A stretch of DNA of 62,040 nucleotides, the filler included, from Platydemus manokwari (lineage: Eukaryota), in the NCBI GenBank assembly GCA_037951405.1. It is 4 parts of 4 records of this genome, joined end to end, with 100 filler letters (N's around TTAATTAATTAA, not from the genome) between each part and the next. Parts side by side here need not be neighbours in the genome. Positions count along the whole stretch, not along the records: positions 18,146 to 39,553 come from JBBMOY011344759.1; positions 39,654 to 51,366 come from JBBMOY010503331.1; 2 more parts are not named here. One strand, 5' to 3'. Numbering within the stretch: the first letter of the stretch is position 1; every line of letters starts with the position of its first letter. The translations under genes were made by a program, and so were the position numbers. Positions 26,260 through 40,490 of the stretch are shown piece by piece. The notes beneath the pieces were generated by a model. That model was not told the DNA's origin, did not search any database, and worked only from the letters and a program-made list of their open reading frames with translations.

Positions 26260-29200
26260 AATTTTATGAGGAAGAAGATGAAGGAATGCATGAACAATTC
26301 AGTGAGCCTGAAGATTCAGACCGCGCGGATGACAGTGATTATGATCCAAACGGTGTTGAAGATGTCGAATCAGGTTCTAGACAGAAAAAGATTATGAAAG
26401 CTATGTCGATTGGAGTAAGCTTTCGTTTATTTGGATGTTTAATAAGTTTTGTTGCTTTGCAATTTATTTGAACACGACAGTAATCTTAAAATCCACAGAA
26501 AGTGTTTCCAATCAATACATCAATATTGTTGTTTATTTAGGAATATTTGATTTGGCTATTATATGTTTTAAAAATCTCACTTATTTTTTAGACGTTTTTC
26601 GTATTATAAAATGATATCTCTCATTAAAGAGAAATCTCAATTTTTAATATTGACATTTCTAACTCGTAGTCCACCGATATACCAGTTTTGTAATTCTTTC
26701 AGCAACGGATAGAACATCGGGCTGACGCTTTCGTAACTCGCTCATTGATGGATTCTAATCTCACTCATTGTCATTATCATTTATCACTTCTATCATTGAA
26801 TTTTGCGATCAGCATATCCATTAATGATTTTTTTAACATTATTAAAAGAAATATAATTAAGAAAATTAACATTTTTTTTACTAAAAATAAGGTTCCCGAT
26901 CTCGAAATAGGCTTCCTCATATCTTAGGCTATTTTTTACCTTCGAACATCACGGTTTTTCCTATTTAAATCAGTTATTTCATTAATCTTGATAGTGATAA
27001 CCAAGTTGAGTAATATGACTGTCGGATCGAAGCCACGCAGTCCTATACATTATTGATGAAATTGACTACTAAATCTGTCTACCAATAGACTACCTAATGG
27101 AATTGTCACTGGTTCAATCATTAATCTCTTGTAACTCTTACAATACCAACATAATCTCATATACGAATTGTCTTCCAACAATCTAAACAGAGAAGTGATA
27201 CTTTTAGAAATTTCCAGATGTATTTATCACCATAAAAATGTTGAACGCATTCCAATTAAAATACAATCGGAATTTCATTTTTGTTTTATTTTCCTTATTT
27301 TTATTTTTATATATTTTTTTCTATACATAGAATATATCATTCCCTTACAAATGCTGATAAATCCATCCAAAGCTAAAAATGAGTGTTCCAAAATGTGTAC
27401 TTTAAAAGTATTTCTTATCATTGTCTGTGATATGGATCGTAGAAGTTACCTTATTTTAATTATCTAAATAGTTTTTCAATTTTCTCGCTGAATAAATTAC
27501 GTGCATCGTTTGTGATAAAGTCACGAAAGACAATTTTGTACAATCTATCATTGACGTCATTATTTTATTATTTCGGTTGTAATGTACAATTTTTCTCTAC
27601 AAATATATACACCACCACCACACCATCATCATATGACGTCATGATTTTTTATTCTGGATTTCTATTCGTCGACCTGTGTTTCCATTGTTGTTGGATGGAG
27701 AAAATTTGAATGTATTCACTTTTCATTAATCATGTTCGTTAGCAATGAAACATGAAATGAATTATTTTAATGTTTCATTATTTTCCATTGATGCTATAAC
27801 AATGACAAACAACAGTGTGTCAAAAAAGATAGTTGTGTTGAATAATTCATTTCTTTTGTCCCATCCAAATAGTCGAATCACTTATTTTACTGTGTTTTCT
27901 CCTCCTATACAAAATCAAACTTCAAAGCCACTTTACAATTTCGTTTCCAGTCAATCTTTTTGAGAATTCTCTTGATATTTCGATCTCTGGGATCTGACAA
28001 GAAAAATGAAATCGATAAATATTTATTTTTATTCATTAAAATTTTATATATAAATCATTGGATAAATCAATACGTGTTGACAGTTGATTTCGACAATGAA
28101 ATCCCTTCTTGTCCTGTCTTGTTGGTTTGAATGTGTGAGATATCTGTGAGTCGTCTGATATTGTTCATTCGTTAGTGAGTTGGAAAATAATTGGTTTTTC
28201 TTTGATTCGGGGGTGCACATGTTTTTATTAAAGTTGGTTTTGAAAATAATTTTCTTTTATCAATCTATTAGATGGACACGAGTGTCGAATTTGGAGTGGA
28301 ATATCATTGTTATGTTTTATAATATCTTTATCAGAGAACTCGTATTCGAAACACAACAACGTAAATCTAACTTGTTTAGGTTGATTCATTACAATTATTA
28401 CAAATATATGTTATAATTAGTGATGCAGACAGTTGATGTTTGTTGTTTAATTCAACTCATCAATGACATAAAAATGCTTCAATCAGACTCGTCTTTAATT
28501 CGACCGCCAGAGAATACGTTACTCTTTCGGTTGTCTTTATCGTTTTTCTCTTTTCCATTGAGACCAACTCTCTTCTTTACACCCTACAAATGATCTAGGG
28601 ATTGCAAAGGAATTTTGTAAATAGATCAAATGAGCTTTTTGTCGAAAAAGTTTTTGTAAAAAATGCGGCATTTCATTTACTGAAATTCAATATTTTCCTG
28701 GTATTATTTCTGTTTTTATTTAAAGGCTTGGGATTATTAAAATTTAATATGGTAATATATTCAATGGCAGACATTCATTTATTAGACATAAATTAAAGAT
28801 TTTTCACCATGGAAAATATCAATAATACAAAAATAATAATTCATTGATAGGACTTTCAATCATTATTGAATTTTCTATTATATTTCAATGATTTCCAAAT
28901 TTGAGAACATGTTGTAGACACTCTAAGATTAGAAAATGTCAATAAATTTTATTGCTACTAATCTTAGCATGAAATAGAAATCGTGTTACAATATGACTCG
29001 GATCGGGCGTTACTCATTTCTAGTAGATAATTATTGATATACGTTTCCATGGTGTTGTTAGTTGTGGAATTTTGGTGACAATTGATTTTCTATATTTAAT
29101 AGTGAATCACATTTCCGTTATAGCTTAATTATATAATAAATTGATAAGCACGATCATTTTTTTTCAATAATAAATCTCATTTATTATCTCTAATGTGTGA

Positions 29201-32200
29201 CATTCTTGAATGTATCAATGAGAGAGTTTGCTGTGTTTCACCCTTTTGAAATTGATCGATGATTTTAATACGTATATGTGAGTCGAATACATACATGCTC
29301 ATACACACACACACGCATATAGAGCACATTAATTTAATCCTATGATTCATACGGCTATGAATGATGGGATTTATCAGATTAGAATGACCTAATATGTATT
29401 GATTTCCACCCATTTACTTAAATCTTATATTTATTAAATCATCATTACCGTTTATGATTATATTACCCACCATAACGTTCATCATGAAATGATATTTGGA
29501 AATATTATTATATAAATAGTTTGTCAAATTATATCGCAACTAAAAAGTTTCCTTTCCTCTTTTATTGTTGCTGACAGAACGTAGAAAAGCGAAATCATAA
29601 ATTATGTTTATAAATCATGTTAAAACCATCCAAACAATGGGTGGTTTATTTTCGATTGTTTAGTGGATTAATGGATTTTTTTCCTTTTATTTTCTTATCT
29701 CCGTTCACTTTGATGGTACTTTTGTTGTGGCAGTGTTTTTTATAATGTCTATGGAATATTCGGTGAAGGTGTGGAATTATTTAGGTTTAGCATAAAAAAC
29801 GGAACAGAAAACATTGTTCCCTTGGTAATTGAACCCATTTAATTGAAATAAAACTTATTGTTTGTATATATATGTATTATTTATGGAACGTTCAATTCAG
29901 TGGAGAGAATGACATTTATATTGGTGGTAATCAAATTCGGATTTTTCTATTTTTTCTTATGTTAATTATAAATCGGGAATTGATTATAATATCATATGTT
30001 GCTGGTCTCTTCTATGGACAAATCCGAAAGATTTTTACTATAGAATATATTCGATAAATGTAAACCAGATGTGCAGCCTCATCAAAAATCAACTGATGTG
30101 AGTGTACGTAGAAGATGACTTAAAAAATTAAAACATTATCAGAAGTGTTTTTTCATTTTGTATGCTAAAATATATAAGCATAGTTTATATGTATTAGAGA
30201 ATACTTACGAAACCACTATAAATTACTAAGGTCAATTTTTATATTCTATTTGATATTATTACGATTTGAGAACACATGTACTACTTATGACGTAATTATC
30301 ACCTAAGAATATATCTCACCAGACGATATAAGATACTTTAAAGGTTAAAGTCGATTTGAGGAACGATTTAGAGCAATGGCCTACATTCGCTGAAAGACAT
30401 CAAAAACTTTTCCCTCGAATTGTTGGATTTAATTAATTAATATTTAGTTTTTTGATGGTCTAAATTAAAAAAAAATTGGTAATAGGATGATAAGTTATTT
30501 TTCATTTTATAAATCTAATGATTTATTACAATCAATATATTTTTCCCCTGCGATATTTTCTCTCTCTCATTTTTTTTAGGAAAAAATAAAGTTAATTGTT
30601 TATCTCGATTTGATGTTCATTATAGATAAGTGGTCATCATCGCCATCGACGTTCTTCTTCGCCATCAACTGCATTACCAGAATGGGTAAGCCATTAAATG
30701 TGGTCTAAATTTTTATGTTTTTTTATCACACCTTTTCATTATCATAAGCTGCTGTAAAAAACAATTTAGATTAATAAAATTTTTGTGTTATGCCATCGAT
30801 TATGCATTAATGTGCTATCAGCTTTATTAATAACCGCCATTTATTATCGTTAGATATTGTTTTTTGACTTCAGCAAAAGCAAATCAAACAGAAAATAATG
30901 GGTCTTCTACGAAAAGTCAAATTAATGGAACACAGTGAAGTAAATCTAAATGATAAGAAAATGGCTTTATTAATGATCTCATATTAAAAACATAAAAGGA
31001 ATTAGATCCTAGAGACACTTGCCAACTATGGGATGAAATCGATCAATTAGAAAACGTCAGCGAGGATTCAGATATAGGTGATATGGATACATTATCCATT
31101 CAAAGCACACCTCGACCGACTTTGCGGCCATTTTTTGGCCATTCCGGAATTCCAAACCATACCGGAGCCGAAGGATCGGAAGACACTCTTAGTGCAGTAG
31201 GAAATTTAATGTGTTAAAGGAAAATGATACATTGTTACATTGTTCTGATAAAGGATGCCGGGGCCAAACTATTAAAAAAACTGCATTTAGAAACACTTGG
31301 AACAACTGGTCAAGGTCAGACCAGTATTGGCGGCAGTAATATTACTGACGTTGTTACATCTGCTGGTGATAAAAATCGTGCCAATGATGGATCAGTATGT
31401 GCACAAATGAAATTTTAACAATTTTACTTTTCATAATTTTATAAAGTTAAATTATTTTTTGAAGGGTTCGATAATTTATTTATTATTTTTTATTTTTATT
31501 ATTTTATTATTATTTCGAATATTTCCTTAAAACTGAAGGTTGTGTGTCAAATCATCTATAGTCCGAAAAACAGTTCCACAAAATGTATTATATATTCTTT
31601 CAGTTTTGATTGGTCCATTCTCAATATGTAATTAAGGGAATTGTTTGACCTCTTGTTCACATTATTCATAGTTTATGACTCCTATTTTAATTGCATGAAA
31701 TGATTTACAAAACTTTTTCGCTCAGCAATATATGTGAAATACACAACACATTATTATTATTATTATTATTAATTTGAAGACTTTATCACAATCGGATTGA
31801 CTTTTTCATCCATTTTTAACACTTTAACATTTGTCGCGATTCGATTGTTGAATCACCATCAACTTCAGTTGTCAATAAAACTATTCACAAGAAGACTGCT
31901 TACCCTATTTTATATATGATGGATATATTTTAAATAATTTAATTTTTGGAAATATGGCCTATTTTTGGACGCTTAAGCAAAAATGTGAGAAGATTTTTTT
32001 TAAAAAAATTCTTTAAAAAAATCTTTACTTATTGGTTTAAATAATTGTAATAATAGTTTTTTCACCCTTGCATTCACTTTCAATAACCTTTATTTATATT
32101 ATTTGAAACAGTTTGTTTTCGGTCATTCCATTCGAACTTTAATGTTAGCTTCGGACCACAAGATATTCCGTAATGTCGATTCCATTATTCTATATCTATA

Positions 32201-33265
32201 AATATAATTTATGGTCCCTGAAACACATTATGATGTCAATATAATGAATCTATTGATAAAAATAATTGCAGTTTAATATTATCAAGGTTGTATGCGTTGT
32301 GAAGATTGGATAAATAAACGTAAATAGTTTTAAAGGAAGCATCAAAACTTTATTTTAATGTACCTATCTAATGTAAATACAATTGACGATATAACGACGA
32401 TATTATAAATCCGACTATTGGAGGAAATCATATTCTAGATATAAACTTGTTTTGGGCATTAATCGGCATTATTTTTAGGTTTTCTTTCGAAATTTTTCGT
32501 TGTAATTTTCAATGGAAAATCGTTTAATGATAAAAATAATACTGGTGTATAGATGTTGAATGTATAACCCACATTTATTGACCCTATATTACATGACATA
32601 CTTCTTATTGTATTGCTAAACGTATTCTGTACTGTTGAACTCGAATTTAAATTAATCTTTCATCTGTCTGTCGTAAGTATCAGTATGATTTAAATCGGGA
32701 TGCTATGAAATACTGTACATCCTGTTATTTTTACCATTCAAATACATCGATCATCTTAAACATTAATTTTTATTCCAAGGAAACTACAGAAGACGAGAGT
32801 AAGTCATTCACTCTAGTCAAAAAACATAGTTATTCCCATGAGAAGGAAAATATATCTCAATCTGTAAATTCAAAAAACAAATCCAAATCCAAAAATCCAA
32901 ATTCTTCTACAAATCAAACGAAAAAAGAACAACAAAAGGAACAACAGAAAGAACAACAGAAAGAACAGAAACAAAAAAAGCCAATGAGTAGTATCATGAA
33001 AACCTTCTCTTTATCAACTGCTGCATCAACAGTCTCTTCGTCAGCTGTCGTAGCTACGGCTGTATCAAATAAATTTAGCCAGGGTGAAACCAATTATTGT
33101 CCCGGTTCCAATGATTTACAAGTTTTAACCGGTGTTTCATCTTCCAATTACAGTACGTCTCCTGGCTCATCTTTGATGATATCTAGTGCAATTCTCACTC
33201 CGTTGACATCCGAAACGGTTAATGATAATTTTTCGTCAGATGCCAAGATGTCGATCGATAGTAAT
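26260..33265 (+). CDS. PACS: Phosphofurin acidic cluster sorting protein (PACS1/2 homolog), internal exons 26260-26414, 30626-30685, 30874-30939, 30999-31196, 31254-31394, 32780-33265
   Basis: In-frame GT-AG splicing gives the acidic cluster FYEEEDEG..FSEPEDSD, then QKQIKQKIMGLLRKVK and LWDEIDQLENVSEDSDIGDMDTLSIQSTPRPTLRPFF. These match the PACS middle-region motifs (NIKQKFVALLKRFK; SILSTPKPKLKPFF). N- and C-terminal exons were not located. Confidence 0.88.
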
Positions 33266-34978
33266 GTTAGTTTTCTAGACTGTATTTATACGATTATATC
33301 ATTAAATGAGGCACAACATTTTCATGTTCCCTCACTTTATAATAACAATTTTTTTGATAATCTTTGCGAATTTCCAATATTTTTAGGATACAATAAGTTA
33401 TTAATTCTGATAAAACCTCCCATTGCAAAAACATCTTTGACGTAAATTGTATCTTTGGGTTAAGATAGGAAATAAATAAAAGTATTACATCACTCCCTAA
33501 ACGACCAAAAAATTATTGATGAAATGAAATCTATAACCTGAATTATCTAATCAAACAACATTTTAACCACTGGTCCTGAACTATCTGGTTGCCGAGTGTT
33601 TATTAAAAGACTTTTTCCCATACGAAACATTATCCAATTGGTGTGAACTCTTCAAACAAAGAGAAACGGATTCTTTGCTACCGTATTGTACTTTTAAAGT
33701 TTATATCTGCGAGGGATAATTAAGTGGGTTGTAGCGTAATTTATCGTAACAATCAAATTCTTTTCTCAATCACAATTGCCATTCATTCAATGGAAAACGT
33801 TGTCCTATTTCTATAAGATATTTCTGAGGAATTGAAACAACAGTCAATTTGTTTTTCAAAACGTGTTTTGCATTGTAATGGAAAATTATTTGCCTTTGTT
33901 GTTTCTGTATGGCTTCAAAATAGACTCGTTTTTTTTGTTAAGTATACTTTTTGTTCATAAATATTTGTCAATGTCAATAAAATGTATTTGTTTCAATTAT
34001 TTTTTTTTGGGAAATATTGGAAAAAATTTTCTGTCACCAGTTTTCAAATTGATTTTGAATTAATTTTGGTTGGGTTGTGTGTCTTGTATAATAGCAATAG
34101 GAAATGGAAATAGGTCGACTATATGTGGCCAATTACCTGAAAAATATATTATAGAATTTTATTAGCTGTAATTATTTTATTATAAAACAAATTAAGAAGT
34201 TCAACCACAAAAGTATATCTAATCAAATATTGAAGCAGATTAAATTGGCCATTTATATTTTTTCCTATTTAAAATGTTTATTTAAATATTATTTGACTTT
34301 TTGGCTTTTCTCGTTATTAAGTTTCTTCTTCTCTCTCTCACGAAACACTATATATAAATGTATACATACTCCAAATTTCTACTCTGAATATTTTAGCTTG
34401 TTCTTTATATCTTCTTTCTTTTCTTTATCTTGGATCTCTTATATTTTGTAAAATGTCTAATTTGCTGCTCTAATTCACTGTCCCTAGGTCGAAACCAATA
34501 CTGCAAGTCTATCATTAATTTATCTAATGCTTTGTTGCTGGAATTCTACTGTTTAATATTTTTCTTGTATTAATCTTGCCAGAATTGGATACAAAACACA
34601 TAGTAGCCATGTTATTTGTTTCATTAACGATTCAGAAAAAGACAAAATTATAATGCATTTAAGAATTTCAACCCACAAATTATTTAAACGAATTTAATTG
34701 ATCATTTATGTTTTTAATATGAATATATTTTTATATAAATGATCATTTAAAAATTATTTGACGTTCAAAACATGGTCAATGTTTGGAAAAATCAATGTCA
34801 TATTAAAACAAGGAAATTCGATATTTTATGATGTAAATGTGAATGGTTTGTTTTGTTTGAATGTAATAATTTAATTTTTAATATGTTTACGTAGATAAAG
34901 TAATTTTTAATAAAATGTATGGATTAATAAATAAAATGGATTGGATAAAAACGTTTATGGCCTAGGTTCATAAGTCTG

Positions 34979-35113
34979 TGCTGCGTAATTTTCATCATGG
35001 TGTCTTTAAATTAATTTATTCGGCAATAATGAATGTTCTTTTTATATGTTTCGGATTTAAAATTGAATTCCTTATATATAATTTAAAGACACCATGATGA
35101 AAATTACGCAGCA
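34979..35113. repeat. Perfect 35-bp inverted repeat with a 65-nt spacer
   Basis: TGCTGCGTAATTTTCATCATGGTGTCTTTAAATTA (34979-35013) and its exact reverse complement (35079-35113). Confidence 0.95.
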
Positions 35114-35714
35114 TATATATATTCATAATAACTTGCTTTGAATGGCACGTTGTCCTATTATTGATCATTTCCATCGATCAATTATCGATTTAATTTATCA
35201 AATATTCTTTCCCAAAACCCTTTCAATTAAATCAAATACATTTGGTTATCTTTTAATTTAATCGTCAAAACTGTTCTCCTTGTAAGACAATATGACTTGA
35301 TCATTTGAAGACGACCATTTTGAACTCATCATTAAATTACGAAAACATCATGACATTTCGTCAACCATAACGAAACGAATCAAAGGTTCAAGGCTCATTT
35401 GTAACCAAAATCTAAATTTTCTATCCAATTCAATTATTTCAAGTGGATAATTGTAGCTATACTCAAAATAATGAAATCATAGGGATATTTATCAGTTTTG
35501 GAGCTTGTATTATTGGAAATATAATTGAATTGATAGAATCTTTATATCAGATTTTGGTTATATGTGATGTCTGTGAAAATTATCCAATGGAAAAATATAT
35601 ACAATCTAGTGCATTTATTTTTGTCTGTCCATTAATTCTGGTATTCACTTGTTTTAATTAGTGGGTTATCTCTACTATAAGGAATTCTGTATCTTTATAT
35701 CTGTGAGAATATCA

Positions 35715-35850
35715 AATTGAATTCAATTTGAATTAGTATAGAATTTAATTTATATTGAATTGAGTTTTATATTGAATTTGATTTTGAATTGAATTTAGTT
35801 TTATATTGAATTTAAATTTTTATTGAATTTAATTTGGGATTTAAATTTTC
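35715..35850. repeat. TTGAAT-based low-complexity tandem repeat
   Basis: Direct reading. Confidence 0.75.
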
Positions 35851-37439
35851 TTTATTTGTTTAAATAATTGTCTTTGAAATAGAATTGAATGTTGAGTCTT
35901 TTCAGTTCGTTTTCGATGCGTTTTTTTATAAAATAGTAGCGGCTTACAATATCTTTATTTTCCGTTATTAATTTCTTTAATTAATTGATGATAATATTAA
36001 AGACATCGTAATACAATCTGATATTAAAACAAAATCAAATGATAAAAATAGATTAATCGAAATTGTATTTGTTTGAATACATTCATCAAAAAATGTTAAT
36101 GATGTGCAATAATGAATTCAGGGAAATTGATCTCCTTGATCATCATCTAATGATTCGAACAAAATTGACATATCAAGGGCCGAACGTAATGCTTTGATTG
36201 GGTGTGTGTGTGCATTTTTCAAATTCCAATGTCAACTTCTATCAGGGATAATTTGAATGGAAAATTTTCTGTTGTTTGATTTGAAATATTATATTTTGAC
36301 ATTTTTTTGCTGAAATGATGTTGAATGGATTATTTTACACCAATTGAATGAAAATGAGATCAACAAAATAAAAAACACAGTGTTGAAACAACAGAAAAAA
36401 TCACCCAATGAAAAATGTGTTATATTTAATCAATATTAATATCATTTTATTCCGGGAATAATGTGAAAATAAATTAATACCAATACAAGTAATAAAATGT
36501 TCGGTTGATGAAATATGGTTGTGAATTGTTATCAGGATAATATTTGAGAATTCTACTTGGATTGGCGGCCAAACGCTGACCAGTAGTTGTACGATTCGTC
36601 ATTAAATTTAATAGATAAATACTTTCATGCACTTATAATATCACTTGTATGCTTGATTAAAACCGTTCATGTTCATATTATATAACAATATATTCACCCC
36701 TTTATAATAATTATTATTATTATAATTATTATTATAAAAGTCAATTTCACTATTGAAATTTCAATGCCATTAGTGTGTCATCAATCGTTATAAATCTCAA
36801 AAAATATTTTTAAAATCCTTCATCTTGAAAACACCAAATAATTTTGGTATTTTATGCTTAAAATTTATATTAATAATATTAAAAAATATTATTTTATCAA
36901 AATATTAATTTTATAATATCAATATGTGTTCATCAATATTGTGCGCTAGTATAAATTTCTACTTGGATTATTATGATTAATTTGTTGAATACACAAATAG
37001 AATCATCAAAACCAACTACGAAACCGACAAAGATCCTCGAGCATTTCTTATGCTATATCTATGTATAGACCAATCAAAAATTGTGAAACAAATTCCAAAA
37101 CTAATAATGTCACACTAATAAAATATCTCTCTAAGAGTAAGAATTCAGTGGAGGTGAGTTATTTTGCGGCTTGGTAGCCTAATTTTTTATCTGTAAACTT
37201 GTTTTAATGAGACCTGGTTTTTGTATTTTTATTATTGTTAGCAGTAGTAATTAGTTATGGTGGTGACCAATCCCGAATCAATTTCTAAATTAATTATTTC
37301 ATATTTTTCCGTTATATTTATTTGTTCTGAGAAAAAGAGTTTTTCTCTGGCAAAAAATTCCGTGAATATTTTCGTCATTATAACAATTTTTTTCTCCGAA
37401 AAAATAATCGATCAATGTCAGGAAATGAAATTTTTGATA

Positions 37440-38020
37440 AATTTTGAGTTTGTGCTTTGTAATATTGATATACAATTATATTCAATGATTGGCTTCATTA
37501 TTATGGAATCACATATTTAAAAATAAATTGATGAATATTATTTGAGTTCGACATATTTCCAGCAATCATCGATCAGTCCGGATTTGAGAGTCTTCATTAA
37601 GGTTTGATATTCAATGTATTAAACAAATTCTATTTCGGTGTTTTTATATCGTTTAATTAAAATTGAAAATTTCATTACAAAACAATTCAGTATTATTTAA
37701 ACTTCACCATCTTTTATAAATATAACGGGATATTTTTTCTCGATAAATCAATTTTTCCCGAAGCTCCAATCCATTTGGAATCCTTTGGTTGATAAACGTC
37801 AGCTTGATAACAAAAAATAATTTCACGCTGTTGGTGTGTATTGTATCGACATAATCGTAAAATCATTTGCTGTTTAATAGAGATTACTAGTAATTTATTT
37901 CGTCTAACTTAAATTTGATATTTTCAATGTCATTTTAACAAAATCTGGTTACAATTTGGAAAAAATGAAATTCACACACCAGGATATGAGAACAATTTTC
38001 AGAAACCAATCAACCCATTA
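37440..38020 (-). mobile_element. MULE transposase remnant
   Basis: CEFHFFQ near 37960-37980 matches the MULE CxFHxxQ motif; the rest is decayed. Confidence 0.4.
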
Positions 38021-38036
38021 AATAGCCTTTAACGTT

Positions 38037-38700
38037 GTGGGGTTTTAAAAATTTAAAAATGTCTTATAAACTAAAAGATAATAATTTGTTGAAATAATTG
38101 GAGTAATATCAAGTAAGAATAGGGGCTTACATGGCGATCAATAAGCATCTGGATACGATTCTGAGGTGGGAAAGATACAGAAAAGATGTAGAAAATATAT
38201 AAAGAAAATCAAGAAGATTTAATGAATAGAGAAGGAATAGAGATTTATATTTAGATAAATATATGGAGAGATAATTCATTGCAGAGATAATTAGGAATAT
38301 ATAGAAGAAAGAAGGACGTGGGGATTTAAAAATTTGAATTTAAAAATGTTTTATAAACTTATATCAAAAGATAATAATTTGTTTAAATAATTGGAGTAAT
38401 ATAAAGTAATTATAGTTGCTTACATGGCGACCAAGCATTTGGATAAGATTCTGAGAAGGTCTATATTATAGAAGTATAGAAGAGAAAAAGATGTAGAAAA
38501 TATATAAAGAAAATCAAAAATATTTAAAGAAGAGAGAAGAAATAGAAATTTATATTTATATAAATATATGGAGAATTCATTACAGAGATAATTAGGAATA
38601 TATAGAAGAAAGAGGGACGTGAGGATTTAAAAATTTTAATTGAAAAATGTTTTATAAACTAATATTAAAAGATAATATTTGGTCTAAATAATTGGATTAA
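38037..38700. repeat. Tandem repeat with a ~280-300 bp unit, about 2.3 copies; a related inverted fragment lies at about 16100-16290
   Basis: Units start GTG(G/A)GG(T/A)TTTAAAAATTT at about 38037, 38318 and 38619 and share AAAGATGTAGAAAATATATAAAGAAAATCAA and CAGAGATAATTAGGAATATATA. Confidence 0.9.
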
Positions 38701-39553
38701 AATATAATCCCTTGTCATGGCCTTTCAATTCGTTTACAATGCATGCTGCATAAAGTGACAGCAGCTTACAATCGTTATTGGTATAAAGCAGAAAACTGAA
38801 AAGTATCAGTAATGACATACACTATTGTATATCGGTATTGAAGATTGTTGGTTGTTCTCTATGTTCAATATATTTTCTTCAAAATTAGAATTATTTCATT
38901 AAATATATGATAATTTTCTGATCGTGTGAAACATCTTCGATAACTGTTGATAACATTATCAGATTGATATCTCAGAATTGTAATAAATAATATTGAAGAG
39001 GAGGAGTTAATACGAGCAAATGTGAATCATTTGACCAATAATCATCATCTGTTAATGCCATCGATAAATATTAACGATTTATAACGATTGAACACTCGAT
39101 TGATGATCATTTGAATGAAAAATTTTTTTTTTAATATATAATTATTGATTAATATTTTATTTACTGATTTTTATGATTTCTATTATTCATCTCTAATTAA
39201 TTTGCTAATCTATCTCATGAACATGAATTGTTTTTATTGCCTGCGAATCAATACATAAATGACCGTTTTGATTATATCGATATTCAATCTGTTAAATTGA
39301 TTGTTTTGTTTGTATAATGTTTTAATAAATATTTGATAAATTTCTGATTAAGCTTCATAAAATTATCATTGTGTGTGTGCGTGTGCATGTGTTAAGGATT
39401 TATAATACTCGATATCTATTGGGTAGTCGTTTATTATTATTGGATTTGTCAATGTATGTCGTGAATGACAGTAATTTATGGCTTGTTTTTAAAATAATAT
39501 ATGTTACTCTCCATCATATATTCATACACTAACAAATCCATATGGTTTATATA

Positions 39554-39653
39554 NNNNNNNNNNNNNNNNNNNNNNNNNNNNNNNNNNNNNNNNNNNNTTA
39601 ATTAATTAANNNNNNNNNNNNNNNNNNNNNNNNNNNNNNNNNNNNNNNNNNNN
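39554..39653. other. Artificial contig joint (N-TTAATTAATTAA-N)
   Basis: Linker at 39598-39609. Confidence 0.95.
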
Positions 39654-40227
39654 ATTTGAACAATATTGGTACTGCACGAGAAACAATAATTATTGCCGGA
39701 GGCTCGAATGAATACTGGATGATTTGTTTGTTAACTTGGAGTTGAATCCCTAATGGAATATTTGGACTGAAATCCCGAATGAAATATTTGAGCTGAATTC
39801 CGATCGAAATATTGAGCTGATATCCCGAATGAATTATTTGACTTAATAATGTCGTTGACTTTGTGTGTCGTGAGAAATTGTGGCAAAAATACTGAATTTT
39901 ACTTCAGTATTTATATGGATTTGAAATGTGGACGAATCATTAATTTTGTTCCTGATTTGTGGGTTTCGTTAGTAATATCCACCGTTGTCATGGTATTTGT
40001 ATTTAAATTTGAATTTCTATAGCTATATTTTGGATTGGCATGGCAACGTGGATTAATAATTTGTTGAAAAAATTTTATATCTATTATTAATATCATTCCG
40101 CCCAGACGCCTACATTTTAATTAATGTGGGTTTTCGGTTTTAATTATTATTATTATTATGTAGTTTTAATTATTATTATCATTATGTAGTTTATAGGCTT
40201 GCAGCCTGCATGGGTATCATCCCGACA
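39654..40227 (-). repeat. Putative 3' LTR, truncated by the contig end, containing four ~26-bp tandem repeats at about 39733-39843
   Basis: Starts TG at 40227 directly after the PPT. The internal repeat unit is about GAGCTGAAATCCCGAATGAAATATTT. Confidence 0.68.
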
Positions 40228-40239
40228 TATCTCCCCCCC
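40228..40239 (-). other. Polypurine tract (plus-strand primer)
   Basis: GGGGGGGAGATA immediately 5' of TG. A G7 run is exceptional in this AT-rich DNA. Confidence 0.75.
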
Positions 40240-40490
40240 ACTTTTAGATTTTCGTCCCGAAAATTAGAACAGGAGAAAAAAGGAGGTAGGGTCACAACAA
40301 CTTTTACATAAAATAAATTAATGAATACAGTTTACAATTAAATCGTGAAATTACAGCATACAAGCACAGAATTGATTATCACAAAGATAAAGAGTAAAGA
40401 TAATTGTCAATGATTCACAACAGATTTAATGATAATTGTCAAAAATATGAGTCAAATAACACGAATCACGATAGTTGATAGCCCCGATCC

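Noticed and set aside
27168-30057. Cluster of 60-100 aa Phe/Ile/Leu-rich ORFs
   Set aside because: Chance ORFs in an AT-rich PACS intron with no domain signal.
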